From NCBI GenBank assembly GCA_951406725.2, contig OX597815.1:165416001-165480000 (forward strand): a stretch of DNA of 64,000 nt. Reading direction: 5' to 3'. Position 1 is the first letter of the stretch. Every line of letters starts with the position of its first letter. The position numbers and the translations under genes were made by a program. Origin of the DNA: Octopus vulgaris (lineage: Eukaryota). The notes beneath the pieces were generated by a model. That model saw nothing but the letters and a program-made list of their open reading frames with translations. It had not been told where the DNA came from and searched no databases. This document shows positions 24,979 to 37,500 of the stretch, piece after piece.

Positions 24979-25352
24979 CGGATCTTTTCGGTTTGAAAGG
25001 CAGTTTTTAACATAATTTCTAGGTAACTAAAAAATTTTAAACTTCGTATACTGGTAGAATGTGTTTATAAAATCTTTTTCTCTTGGCTTTATTGAGAAAA
25101 TTCTATGGTTTGTAAGATGTTTGTTGTTCTTTTTCTGCAATTTCTGCAATTTCAACCAATCAAATACGTCTATTGAGGTAAAAAAACATTCTGTGCCGTA
25201 TGGGTGTATTTACATTTCTGAAGAAAAAAAGATACCGGTCCCTCCACCCCTAACCCTAACCCTAAAATAGATTGATACTAGGGTCATAATAATGGGTGAC
25301 AATTTCATATGACACCGCTAGAAAAAACTGCTGTTCAAACCGAAAAGATCCG
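24979..25352. mobile_element. MITE with ~30-bp TIRs and internal (CCCTAA)3
   Basis: CGGATCTTTTCGGTTTGAAAGGCAGTTTTT ... AAAAACTGCTGTTCAAACCGAAAAGATCCG; inserted in an A-run. Confidence 0.9.
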
Positions 25353-25378
25353 AAAAAACAAGAAAAACTGAGTATCAA

Positions 25379-25444
<66 letters not shown>

Positions 25445-26269
25445 TTATCTAGCAGCCACTTTGTCTATCAGCCTGCCTGTCAGTCTTGCTATCTATCAGT
25501 CATTTTATTCGTCCCGATCTGTGTGTTTGCCTATCTATTGGTGCAATAGAATTAAACTTTGATTATTTATTTGGTCATAATTGTATTTGCTCATACACGT
25601 GCAGGTCTTGACAAACCCATCTTTTATTCATACGTTGTACTTTAAGGACAGGTTATCAAATGCTTTTTGTCTGTCTGTCTAATTCTGACCCTGTCTCTGT
25701 CTGTATATCTATCTGTCTGCCTCACTCACTCACTCACTCACTCACTCACTCACTCACTCACCCTATCTCGAAAGATCGTACGGTTTGATTTGCAGGAGAT
25801 TTCTGTGCCATTTCTTCGAAAATCAAGCAACCACTTTGGCACCCACACACTTGTCAGCATGAATCATAGGAGCAGATGCTATATGCTATGACACTTGGGC
25901 GTAATGTGTCAGAATTTAATAATAGTTCACAAATAGAGATGTTTTAATTAACTATAATTAAAGTCTACATAAATAAGTAATCACTTGAAATTCGAAAATG
26001 TTCAGAAAAATATGAAATTAATTCCATCGAAATGGCTGAAGTTAATTACTTGAATAGAGCCTTCGAATTAAGGATATGATCATGTTTAGGATACTGGCTG
26101 TGTGGCAAGTGTCTTCTCTCTCTCTCTCTCTCTTTCTTTCTCTCTCTCTCTCTCTCTCTCTTTATATCTCTCCCTCTCTTTCTTTCTTCCTCTCTCTCTC
26201 TTTCTCTCTCTCTTTCTTTCTTCCCCTCTCTCTCTTTCTCTCTGTCTCTCTGTCTCTCTCTCTCTCTCG

Positions 26270-26304
<35 letters not shown>

Positions 26305-26308
<4 letters not shown>

Positions 26309-26500
26309 TCACTCCTATATTGTCGAGTAGAACCTACATAACGTTTTAATAAACTTTTTCTGATTACCATTTTGGAGTTTTTTCGTGTTAGTATGTCCAA
26401 CTTTTTCTCCAATGATTTTTTAGTTGTATCAATCGTTCTCTTGATTTCTGCTTCTCTTTCCCTCGTCTTCCGATTGCATCGTATCCCATCTACGTTATTT
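26305..26500 (-). mobile_element. RTE-clade LINE fragment (region after RT)
   Basis: AEIKRTIDTTKKSLEKKLDILTRKNSKMVIRKSLLKRYVGSTRQYRSET, resembling EIKRRI..AK..F.....K.L.CYVWS.LLYGSET. Confidence 0.7.
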
Positions 26501-26684
26501 TTAGTATCTCCTCAGTTGGTTTTCACCGCGAAAAGCGGATATATGTGCTCAAAATGTTATTATTGTTAACTTTGGAAAACGATTTTACCCTACGGTTGTG
26601 AAGAAAATTTCTAAGGCTTCAAGGATCAGGAACACTCTGAGTGGAACTTTTTTCACAAAAGGCAATTTCCCAAATCATTTTTTG

Positions 26685-27032
26685 CTTTAATCATTACACT
26701 GGGATATGCGGGGGAACCGCCTCAAAAGATTTTTAGTCGAATATGTGGATCTAGTAACACACACACACGGTGGGCTTCTTTCAGTTTCCGCACACCAAAT
26801 TTACTCACAAGGCTTTGGTCGGCCCGAGGCTGTATCAAAAGACACTTGCCTCAAGTGCCAAGCAGTGGAACTGAACCCCGAACCATATGGTTGGGAAGCA
26901 AGCTTTTTACCACACATCCACGCCTGCGCCTACACAGCCACTCCTGCACCTACACAGACACATCTGCGCCTACACAGCCACGTCTGCGCCTACACACCCA
27001 CGCCTGCTCTTACACATCAACGCCTGCACGTT
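26685..27032 (-). mobile_element. SINE B with tandemly multiplied 20-bp 5' head
   Basis: SINE B body at 26685-26915, then about six diverged units of CCACGCCTGCGCCTACACAG. Confidence 0.85.
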
Positions 27033-27504
27033 TCCATATATTTCATGTAATATCTCTTTATAGATGAATAATCAAATACTTTTAGCGGTGGATATGAAAG
27101 CCATGCCTAGAGGAGATACAGAAAAATATTGCTGAAGGGGAATATATTAATTCTCTGTTTTGGTGAATAATTAACATCATTACGGTAATGACCATGAAAT
27201 TTAATCACGCAGTCAAACGGTTAACTGTATTATTTTTGATGATTACTAGCTTTTGTTTCTTGCTGATTGCCATTGCTTTTGGGTTTTTTTTACATTCTTT
27301 TGTAGTCTATAGGAAAGTTGTCCCCAACTTTTATTGCACCAAGGAACAGTTTCATGCAAGATAGCTTTTCCACAAACCGGAGGATCACGCGCGTAACAAA
27401 TGAACTGCGTAATATATAATTTAATTATTATAAATATTATAGAAAGATAATACATATTTAATGCAAAAACAACTGACATACTGCGATAATCAATAAAATA
27501 CCTT

Positions 27505-28260
<756 letters not shown>

Positions 28261-28289
28261 GAAATAAAATCAAAGATGTTATCCAATGG

Positions 28290-28405
28290 AATGGCAAAGG
28301 CCGATACAGCTTGGCACCAGTGACGTTGCAACTCATTTTTACTGCTGAGTGAACTGGAGCAACGAGAAATAAAGTGTATTGCTCAAGAACAAAACGCACA
28401 GCCCA
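28290..28405 (-). mobile_element. SINE C fragment
   Basis: ACTCATTTTTACTGCTGAGTGAACTGGAGCAACGAGAAATAAAGTGTATTGCTCAAGAACA, the reverse complement of the 30400-30462 segment. Confidence 0.75.
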
Positions 28406-28874
28406 CTTCATACATTAATGTAACGACCCACTTAAATCAACTATGACCTTTCCAGTACAAAACTTAAACTTGTTCTTTGTCAAAAAAATATCGCTTTTAC
28501 ACCCCGGTCCCTACCGTATCCATATACTCGTAGTCATTCACTCCCTGCTACAAAAATACACTTATTAGATTACTGAGGACTTATGGAGTGTCGCGGTGTC
28601 AAGTTTTCTATTAAAAAAAACCCTAAACCTTAAAATCATGCACGGCTACAGCAGTAAGAAGCATATGGCATCAGTAAAAGTGTAGGCTGTAGCATGTTTG
28701 TTTTTTACGCTATCATAATATTTCCCCATCCATCCATCCATCCATCCACCCATACATACATACATACATACATATATATATATACATACACATCACAGAT
28801 GTATATACATAAATACATACATATGTACGCACACATGACCCTCCCATGTATATATATATATATATATATATATA

Positions 28875-29430
28875 AGTAATACTAAGTAATTAAGGGTTTA
28901 GCAACGAATTGCCTCACCAACACACCGAATTTAGAAATAGCAGTCAAAGAGATATAGCTATTCCTTCTACTAAAAGGGGGATCTCAGTAAAAACACAGCA
29001 CTTGAAAGGCAAACACAGACAGGTAAGAAAGAAAGAATGAAATGACGGCAATCTATCATGCAATTTTAAGTTACCTACGGACGTACGTTTCGAGATCAAG
29101 TTTTAGGATAGCATAAGAATTAGAAAATTCTACTTTACCCAAACTTCTTCTCTCATCGGCGCAGGATACGACAATTATGAATAATTGTATATTAAATTTT
29201 GAGATACTAGAATGCATCATCTCAACTCAGTGTCAGAGCGAGCCAAAGCATGACCAGTACCACGAAATTCAAAGTTTGAATGAAAGTTTGTGTCACCAGC
29301 CCCCTTCCACCCGCGTGTAGCCAAGACAAAATGCTGCGGTCATTCACTGGGATAAAATATGGTTATCAGTAATAATAATAAAGGGTGAAATTAATTAATT
29401 AGGGATAATTATCAATTACACCAAGTAGAT
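28875..29430 (-). mobile_element. HHR-bearing short element between (TA)n tracts (Penelope-like terminal repeat)
   Basis: Bounded by TA microsatellites and contains the HHR at 29074-29165. Confidence 0.55.
29074..29165 (-). ncRNA. Type I hammerhead ribozyme with long stem II and U4C core variant
   Basis: CCUGCG-CCGAUGA-GAGA(long hairpin)UCUC-GAAA-CGUACG-UC^-CGUAGG: 6-bp stem I, G-C closing pair of stem II, palindromic stem III ACGUACGU, GUC cleavage triplet. Confidence 0.75.
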
Positions 29431-30326
29431 TATATATATATATATATATATTTATATACATATACGCATACATATATATACAGATATATATATATATATA
29501 CATATGTATATAAAGGGGAGGAGCATGTATGTATACTCGTGCACACGCCCCTTTCCTATATATACGTGTGTGTGTGTGTGTGTCTGTGTGTGTGTGTTCG
29601 GGCCAGGCATCGCATACATAAACACTTGCACGCAACTCATATTTATAATTGAGTTTATACATACTTGAATGGAATAAACATGAAAGAAAAATCCATTTTC
29701 TCGTTTCATGTGTGGACCTGTGATTGTGCGTGTCTGCACCTTGTGTTTATTGTCTTTTCACCATGAACGATGCATATCGTATATAGAACACACGCAAAAT
29801 ATTCCCATATGTGACAGATTTCCAAACACTTCAAAACGCCTCCCACGGGAAAGTAAACGTCCCGATGAATAAATCTATCCCAGCTGTTTATGTCTAAGTC
29901 TTATTTCTGTATTCTATAATCAGTCTAGACTTTTTCAAAGAAGTTTGTTGAAGAAAACTGTAGCAACTTACATATAAATTCAGTCCATGGAATAAACAAA
30001 ACTGCAGGGTAGCAGATTTATTTATGTCGTTCTGAACTGGGTCGATAAATCAGTGCAAATGCAATGAGATCTACTGATCGCTATGATAAATTGTACAGAC
30101 GATGTTGGGCTTCGATTTCGACAACAAAAAAATGATATCCAAACATAGTAACACACACAAACGAAAGGTAAACTTTATACAAGTAATGGAAGAAATTTCT
30201 GTCAAAAAGCTAACTTGGAAGCGTGAATGTTTCCTTAATGAAGATGAACACATGAGCACAAAGTTCTACGAGCCTGTTCATGAATTATTTATTCATGTAT
30301 GAATGTATGCATACATGTATGTGTGA

Positions 30327-30474
30327 AGGCGCGTGGCTTAGTGGTTAGGGCATTCGGCTCACGATTGTAAGGTCGTGAGTTCGATTCCCGGCGACACGTT
30401 GTGTCCTTGAGCAAGACACTTTGTTTCACATTGCTTCAGTCCACTCAGCTGGCAAAAATGAGTTGTAACTGTAT
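30327..30474 (+). mobile_element. SINE family C with a clear pol III A/B-box tRNA-like head
   Basis: A box TGGCTTAGTGG, B box GAGTTCGATTCC, then CCTTGAGCAAGACACTTT...CAGTCCACTCAGCTGGCAAAAATGAGT. Confidence 0.88.
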
Positions 30475-30475
30475 A

Positions 30476-30506
<31 letters not shown>

Positions 30507-30549
30507 ATGTATGTATGTATGTATGTATGTATGTATGTATGTATTTCTA

Positions 30550-30780
30550 CAGGCGCGAGCATAAGGTGTGTGGTTAAAAATCACGCTTTGCAACCAAATG
30601 GTTTTGGGTTCAGACTCACTGCACGGTATCTTGGGGAAGTGCCATCTACTATTATCCCGAGTCGATCAATACCTTGTAAGTGAATTTGGTAGACGGAAAC
30701 TGCGTGGAAGCCTCTCTTATGTATATATTTTCTACTAAATCTTTCAAGTCCAACGACTAAAACAAGTAAGAAATTAAAGA
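30550..30780 (+). mobile_element. SINE B, diverged and internally deleted
   Basis: GTGAATTTGGTAGACGGAAACTG...ACTAAAACAAGTAAG. Confidence 0.75.
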
Positions 30781-31397
30781 TATATGCGTATGCCTCTGTA
30801 CATTGCTTATGCAAAGTGAGGTAGAAAACACTATTTACAAGAACTGTCAGAAATGAGTTAATCGATTTGCATATTCCTTATGGTCAATGCGTGCTTCATG
30901 TGAGACTAACTGAATAAATACTGCTGGCTTTTATTGAAGTAAATGATAACAAAAGTGATCTGAGTTGTTTGTAAAAGATAGGCAGGTGTGTTCAGTTTGG
31001 TGACAACTCAGTTGCTGCTCTGCTAGTGGTAGGTATTGTAATATAGTTGTCGGTAATGAACTGAAGTAACAGTATAGAACGTTGGATTGTTTTTCGTGTA
31101 AACACATAGCGTTGTCTGCTTGGGATGATTTGAGCTGTCTAGTAAGGCTGTATCTGAATCGGTACATCATGGCTGCTCTAATACACAGCACTGCCCCCTC
31201 TCCCGCCCCGCAAGCAAACACTGAAACATCGAGTGGGCGACATATTTTTAGAGATTGAGGAATGCTGAAGTTTGAGAGGTAAAGAGTTCTATTCTCAGTG
31301 ACGGCTGCTGGCCACAGTTTCCCGTTTATAGGGATATTTTACCTGATTTTCTAAAGCTGCTTTTACAGTTATTCTCCTGCGTTCGAGATTTTCTTAA

Positions 31398-31458
<61 letters not shown>

Positions 31459-31498
31459 GTTATATATATGTATACTTATATATATATATATGTATAAG

Positions 31499-31558
<60 letters not shown>

Positions 31559-31581
31559 ATATATGTGTGTGTATCTGTCTG

Positions 31582-31635
<54 letters not shown>

Positions 31636-31708
31636 CATATTTCTTTGAATATACGATTGTGCTCAAGTTTTTCTCCGTTATTTTATATTTTTAATATTTT
31701 CTTAGTTT

Positions 31709-31922
31709 AGGGCGGCGAGATGGCAGAAACGTTAGCACGTCGGGCGAAATGCTTTGTGGTATTTCGTCTATCATTTACATTCTGAGTTCAAATTCGCCGA
31801 GTTCGACTTTGCCTTTTATCCTTTCGAGGTCGATAAATTAAGTACCAGTTGCGCTTTGGGGTCGATCTAATCGACTGGCTCCCTCCCCGAAAATTTCGGG
31901 CCTTGTGCCTAGAGTAGAAAAG
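31709..31922 (+). mobile_element. SINE A, full length, with 15-bp TSD
   Basis: TSD AATATTTTCTTAGTT at 31693-31707 and 31923-31937; central GCCTTTTATCCTTTCGAGGTCGATAAATTAAGTACCAG (Meta-domain-like). Confidence 0.93.
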
Positions 31923-31959
31923 AATATTTTCTTAGTTATCTTTTATTCAGGTGATATGG

Positions 31960-33240
31960 AACAATAAAATTTCTAAATTCATATTCGACGTTTTCAGACC
32001 TTCTGTGTCTCATTTTCAAGAAGTGAATATATTTGGCGTTTTTGTTCTTTCTTATATAATAGTTGAGTTCATATAGACTTTTCCGCCAAAGATTTGCTGA
32101 CCGTTAGCTCGATACATCAGCAATCACGTATTGATTTGTCGTTGTCAGACTTTTCACTGTTAGATTTTTGTCTCAGTATCGGCTTGGCAATTTTTCGATG
32201 CATGTGTTGATTTTGGAATTGCATTGCGATTTGGCTATGGCTTCCATAATTAGTCATCTGTTTTTAATATGTATTCCCTTTAAGTATTTTCTTATCGAAT
32301 TTTACTTTGTGGTGTGAGGTATACGGGTTTGCATCAAGTTGTAAATGCACAGTGAGCTATGAGAGAGTGTTGTAGTAGTATGCCCAACATGACAGCTAGT
32401 ATCCTGAAGTTTGAAAAATTCAGTTTTACAGTCAAATCTATTGATTACATTGGTCATGCGTAGTTTGTTCTTGTGTTCACATGCTTGTGGTGTGTTATTG
32501 ATAAGGAAACTTTTGGCTTTGGTGTTTTTGTAGTATATTGTTAGTTTAAGTTTATGGTCAGGTCTTTCGTTTTACGAGGGTTTTGATTATAAGTTCGTCT
32601 GTTCCATAGATTTTTATGCATTTGATTAATGTAATAGATTTTATGTGGGGACTGCGTATTTTTATTAGGTGTATTATCTGATGTATTTGTTGCATTGTAT
32701 TTGAGTCTATATTCTGCCATAGAATATCCGTTGTTAATTGGTGTTTGTTTTATTCTTAGTATTTCTTTCTCTGGTGCATTGTGTGTGGGCGAGAATATAA
32801 ATGCTATTCTGAGGAGTGATTTTACCACTGATATCATGTAGTGTTGGTATTCACTATTTCCATGTAGCTAAATGTAGTTGTTTGATTCGTTAGTATATAT
32901 ACCGACGTGATTTATCTATCCTTTTATCTATGACTAGTATGTTTATATCAAAATGTGGGGCTTCATTTGTATCATTCTAGATGTTAAAATCTTAATACGG
33001 AATTATTGTCTAAGTCTTCCTTTAGTCTCTCAATTTCCTTTGATGTATGTATTACAACTAGAATATCATTTATATATGCTGTGTATTACGTGTTTATATT
33101 TGTGCAGTATCTTGTACTCTATCGTGGATGAGTATAATGCCGCAGATGTAAGTCCTAGGGAGGGGTGTCTCACACCCTCTGTAGTCAGAAAAAGTAGAAT
33201 CGATCTGACTAGTTTCGACTACTTTTAGACATCCATCTTC
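31960..33240 (-). mobile_element. Decayed Penelope-like element (RT remnant, GIY-YIG, terminal HHR-like motif)
   Basis: Minus strand: INDILV (~33065, YxDD relic); ORF 32541-32837 ISVVKSLLRIAF...KEILRIKQTPINNGYS; TNVINRFDC..CHVGHTTTTLS (GIY-YIG relic, 32360-32455); TTGAAAA...GAAAACGTC at 31984-32022. Confidence 0.75.
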
Positions 33241-33554
33241 TGTCTACGGAGGGATTATATCTATTTGTAAGTCATACAAACAAGAACCCAACTATATTTG
33301 ACAGCATATACATAATATACATAACAGCTCATCTACTGACAACCAAGATTAAACAGTCGTTTTTACTTGACTTTTCACTAAAGAAGCTGAGTCGTTTATT
33401 TATAAGAGTATACCACACGTTTCAAATTATAAACCCCGCCCTGTTTAGAGCACTACTGAAATAATTCATTAACTCGCGCTGTCAGTGTACGTACTGTTAT
33501 GCAAATTAGATTGGTCTTGCTAGGTAAGTAGAAATGAAAGCATCTGTATAGTTT

Positions 33555-33692
33555 ATTATTTATTTTTTGCCTACAGGGGGCTGAACATAGAGGGGACAAA
33601 CAAGGACAGACAAAGGGACTAAGTCGATTACATCGACCCCAGTTCGTAACTGGTACTTATTTAATCGACCCCGGAAGGATGAAAGGCAAAGT
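33555..33692 (-). mobile_element. SINE A, 3' part
   Basis: AAGTCGATTACATCGACCCCAG...CTGGTACTTATTTAATCGACCCCGGAAGGATGAAAGGCAAAGT. Confidence 0.88.
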
Positions 33693-33879
33693 AAGATACA
33701 TATATAGGGTAGCGAATATTATTTGGTAAAGAAATTTGAAACCTAGGTATAACCGCAAACGATAACAAGGTAAACGTAAATTGCTATTAATTGTGGTTCT
33801 AGCCGTTTTGGCTGCTTCTTCTAGCATGTAAAAATTACCTGTTAAAGGGTAGTTATCTCTTGTGTATACTATTATATAT

Positions 33880-33959
<80 letters not shown>

Positions 33960-34573
33960 TGACATTTCATGTATGCATGAGTAATAGCATTACATTGTTA
34001 GATGGAACCGCCGTGTGTTCACTTCGCAAACGCAATTTCTACCCATTTACACCAATATACAGTCCACAGTCGGCAGCGTCTCCGTCAGTGTCCAGTTGTA
34101 TATCATAAGATTTCCAAGGAAACAGTCCGATATTACGAAGTAAATCAAAACGAAGCCGCGTACGAATGCTGCCATTTTGAAACTGTAGTGACTATTATTA
34201 TGGCTAACATCTCATTTCATGATACCACATAATTCGATTACAGAATATCTACTACCAACTGTATGTCTCTTGGTAGAGTGAAAACGAAAGATCTGAAGAA
34301 ATAAACTATCGGCTGATGCAACGAGTGCATCATGCGCAATACCAACCAGCTCCTTCACAAATCAATTAGCTTTGCTTAACTAACCTTAAGGAAATATTTC
34401 CAATTGATTCCGCTGGATTGCTCAGCTAAGTGGTACTATATCCTTGCTTTCACGAATGCACTCGTATGTAAATATATAGATATATCCATTATATACACAT
34501 ATACATTCATACCTATGTATATAAACATACAAACATGTATGCATACATACATCATACATAAGTACATACACAC

Positions 34574-34606
<33 letters not shown>

Positions 34607-34779
34607 TGTATGTATATGTGTATATATGTATATATGTATGTATGTATATTGTATGCATACACACACAAACGCACACTTACAACATAGCGCATGCGTCCAG
34701 GCACATGCATATGTTATATCCATACATGTGACTTTCAGTTATTTAATTGGATGGTGTTGCCTGTGTACATATGCACGTG

Positions 34780-34843
<64 letters not shown>

Positions 34844-34846
<3 letters not shown>

Positions 34847-34988
34847 GTATATACATACATATATATATATATATACAAATATGTATACACACATATATAC
34901 ACACACACATATATATATACATACATATATATATATCAATATATATATATATTTGCGTATAGATATTTACATATCTATCTATATATCT

Positions 34989-35064
<76 letters not shown>

Positions 35065-35224
35065 ATATATATATAAATACGTATATACATACATATATAT
35101 ATATATATATACAAATATGTATACACACATATATACACACACATATATATATATACATACATATATATATATCAATATATATATATATTTGCGTATAGAT
35201 ATTTACATATCTATCTATCTATCT

Positions 35225-35315
<91 letters not shown>
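34844..35315. repeat. Tandem duplication (~235-bp unit) of a compound TA/CA microsatellite block
   Basis: The landmarks TACGTATATAC, CAAATATGTATACAC, ATCAATAT and TTTGCGTATAGATATTTACATATC each occur twice in the same order. Confidence 0.85.
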
Positions 35316-35316
<1 letters not shown>

Positions 35317-35801
35317 CATATATATGTACGTATATCTTTATATGCATACACACACACACACACACACTCACACACATACATACGTATGTATGTATGTATG
35401 TATGTATGTATGTATAATATATCCCTGATCATGTGTATGTATATGTGAGAGTATGTGTCCATATCTCATTCTCACTCATAATCGACCTCGAAGGAATTTG
35501 AACTCAGAATGTAAAAACTGGCGAAATGCCGCTAAGCATTTAGCCCAGCGTGCTAACAGTTGTGTCAGCTCGTCGTCTTGCCAAATGATTACACGTTACG
35601 TCTGCCACTGAAACTATACACCGAGGAATTGGCTACAGTGTCATCAAAGGATCCACAAATGGAAGCGATAATCTCCATCGGATTCGATGAATAACTATAA
35701 GTATATGAGTATATATGCTTATGCTTTTATGCCCTCTTTGTTTGTTTCTTTCTTTCTTTCTCCCTCTCTGTCATGTGTTTGTAAGTGTGTGTGTATGTAT
35801 G

Positions 35802-35909
<108 letters not shown>

Positions 35910-35914
35910 TATAT

Positions 35915-36101
35915 GTAGGTCCCGGGTTGAGTCGGAGTTAGCCACAGTAAATAAGGTACTCACTACATAGCAGAGTAAAGTGATTTATTTTATAGAAGGA
36001 GCTTCTACAGGACTAGAACTGTTTCATTCAGATGAAATCTTCAGGAAGCTTCCTGAAGATTTCATCTGAATGAAACAGTTCTAGTCCTGTAGAAGCTCCT
36101 T

Positions 36102-36107
<6 letters not shown>
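35915..36107. mobile_element. Short element in (TA)n ending in a perfect 118-bp palindrome (Penelope-like inverted terminus)
   Basis: 35990-36048 is the exact reverse complement of 36049-36107 with no spacer; (TA)n on both sides of the element. Confidence 0.8.
36047..36097 (+). ncRNA. Type I hammerhead ribozyme (identical copy on the minus strand at 36000-36050)
   Basis: AGCUUC-CUGAAGA-UUUC(AUCU)GAAU-GAAA-CAG(UUCUAGUC)CUG-UA^-GAAGCU: canonical core, 6-bp stem I, GUA triplet; stem II is weak with a U-U closing pair. Confidence 0.7.
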
Positions 36108-36171
<64 letters not shown>

Positions 36172-36225
36172 GAGATAGATAGGTAGATGCATATTGATAT
36201 AGATATAGATATATTTAGTTATATA

Positions 36226-37500
36226 CACAGACCTTCAGGAACGAAATAGACACCTTTAATTTTCAAAATTTCTGATCTAAGCGTCTTAATATGTTTTCAG
36301 CGGTGTAGAATTTACAATGTAATTATTCTTTTTCATTCCAGGTGCCATTATATTAAACATTTGCAAAGAGTAACCATGCCACACCCCAAAAATTCTGCAG
36401 AACTGTCAGATTTTCAAAGAGGTCGTATTGTTGGGCAATCTAACGCTGGTCTTAGCCCGCGAAAAATTGCCGAAAACCTTCAAATTCCTCTTGCTACTAT
36501 TAATAGAATTATAGTGCAATTCAAAAGCCAAGGATAAGAATTAACAGATTCTCGTCCCAGCCGACCTGGGCCCTCGGAAAGGAAGCTTCGCTGTTTGAAG
36601 AGAATTGTGGAAAACGAACTATGCTCGATGGCTTCTGACATTGGAAAACAGCTTGAAGTTAGTTCAAGAACGTGTGTTACATATCTGCATAAGCTTGGGT
36701 ATTATGAACGAGCAGCTAGAAGAAAACCTCTCCTTCAACCAATTAATATCATGAAAAGAAAGAAATGGACTAAGGAGGTGTCAGAAAAATCCAGTTCATT
36801 TTTGGATAGAGTGATTTTTTCAGATGGATCCAGATTTGGATTATTTTCAGACAGAGGACGTGCTCCGGTCTGGAGTCTTTCCAATCAAGAATTTGATTTG
36901 AAACGACTCCAGCCACCTGTGAAACATGGTGGTATCTCTGCAAAGGGTATGGGGAGCTGTCACTAGCAATGGTCTTTCTGAGCTGATCGAATGTGTTGGA
37001 ACCATAAACTCTGAAAAATACATCGAAATACTTAAGCAAGGACTACTTCCGATGTATTCACACGATAACATAATTAAAAATGAGTTTTTATTCATGGAAG
37101 ATGGGGCTCCATGCCACACAGCGAAAAGGAATCAACAATGACTGAAAATGGTATCAAAATGTGTCCTTGGCCAAGCCAATCTCCTGACATGAACTCAATT
37201 GAAAATCTTTGGAGTATACTAGATAGAGCTATGCAAAAAAACTCGACAGAAACCTAAATCTAAAGATGAATTGTTTCGATTGTTACGTGAAAAGTGGGTA
37301 GAAATTCCACAAGAGACTGTCACAAAGCTCATCAGTTCAATGCCAAAAAAGAGTTTCTGAATTAAAAATGCAAAGGGAATGTCAACTAAATACTAAAGTA
37401 TGTAGTCCTACCTATCGATTACATTTCAATTGTTCGCTTTGCGTATTAAATAAAAGATTTTGAAAACTAAAGGTGTCTATTTATTTCCTGCATGTCTGTG
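36226..37500 (+). mobile_element. Full-length Tc1-like DNA transposon with TA TSD
   Basis: TIRs CACAGACCTTCAGGAACGAAATAGACACCTTTAATTTTCAAAAT / ATTTTGAAAACTAAAGGTGTCTATTTATTTCCTGCATGTCTGTG; TA on both sides. Confidence 0.95.
36376..37396 (+). pseudogene. Tc1 transposase (DD34E), inactivated
   Basis: MPHPKNSAELSDFQRGRIVG...ARRKPLL...VIFSDGSRF...VKHGG / VWGA...FMEDGAPCH / WPSQSPDMNSIENLW...AKGMSTKY*; one stop and several frameshifts. Confidence 0.95.

Noticed and set aside
25248-25266. Telomere or fusion site
   Set aside because: Only three CCCTAA units, and they are internal to a MITE.
30327-30395. tRNA gene
   Set aside because: A and B boxes are present, but the sequence continues into a SINE body seen elsewhere in the window and I see no complete acceptor stem.
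33725-33760. GAAACCTAGGTA palindromic stem III-like motif
   Set aside because: No upstream CUGANGA core or stem II.
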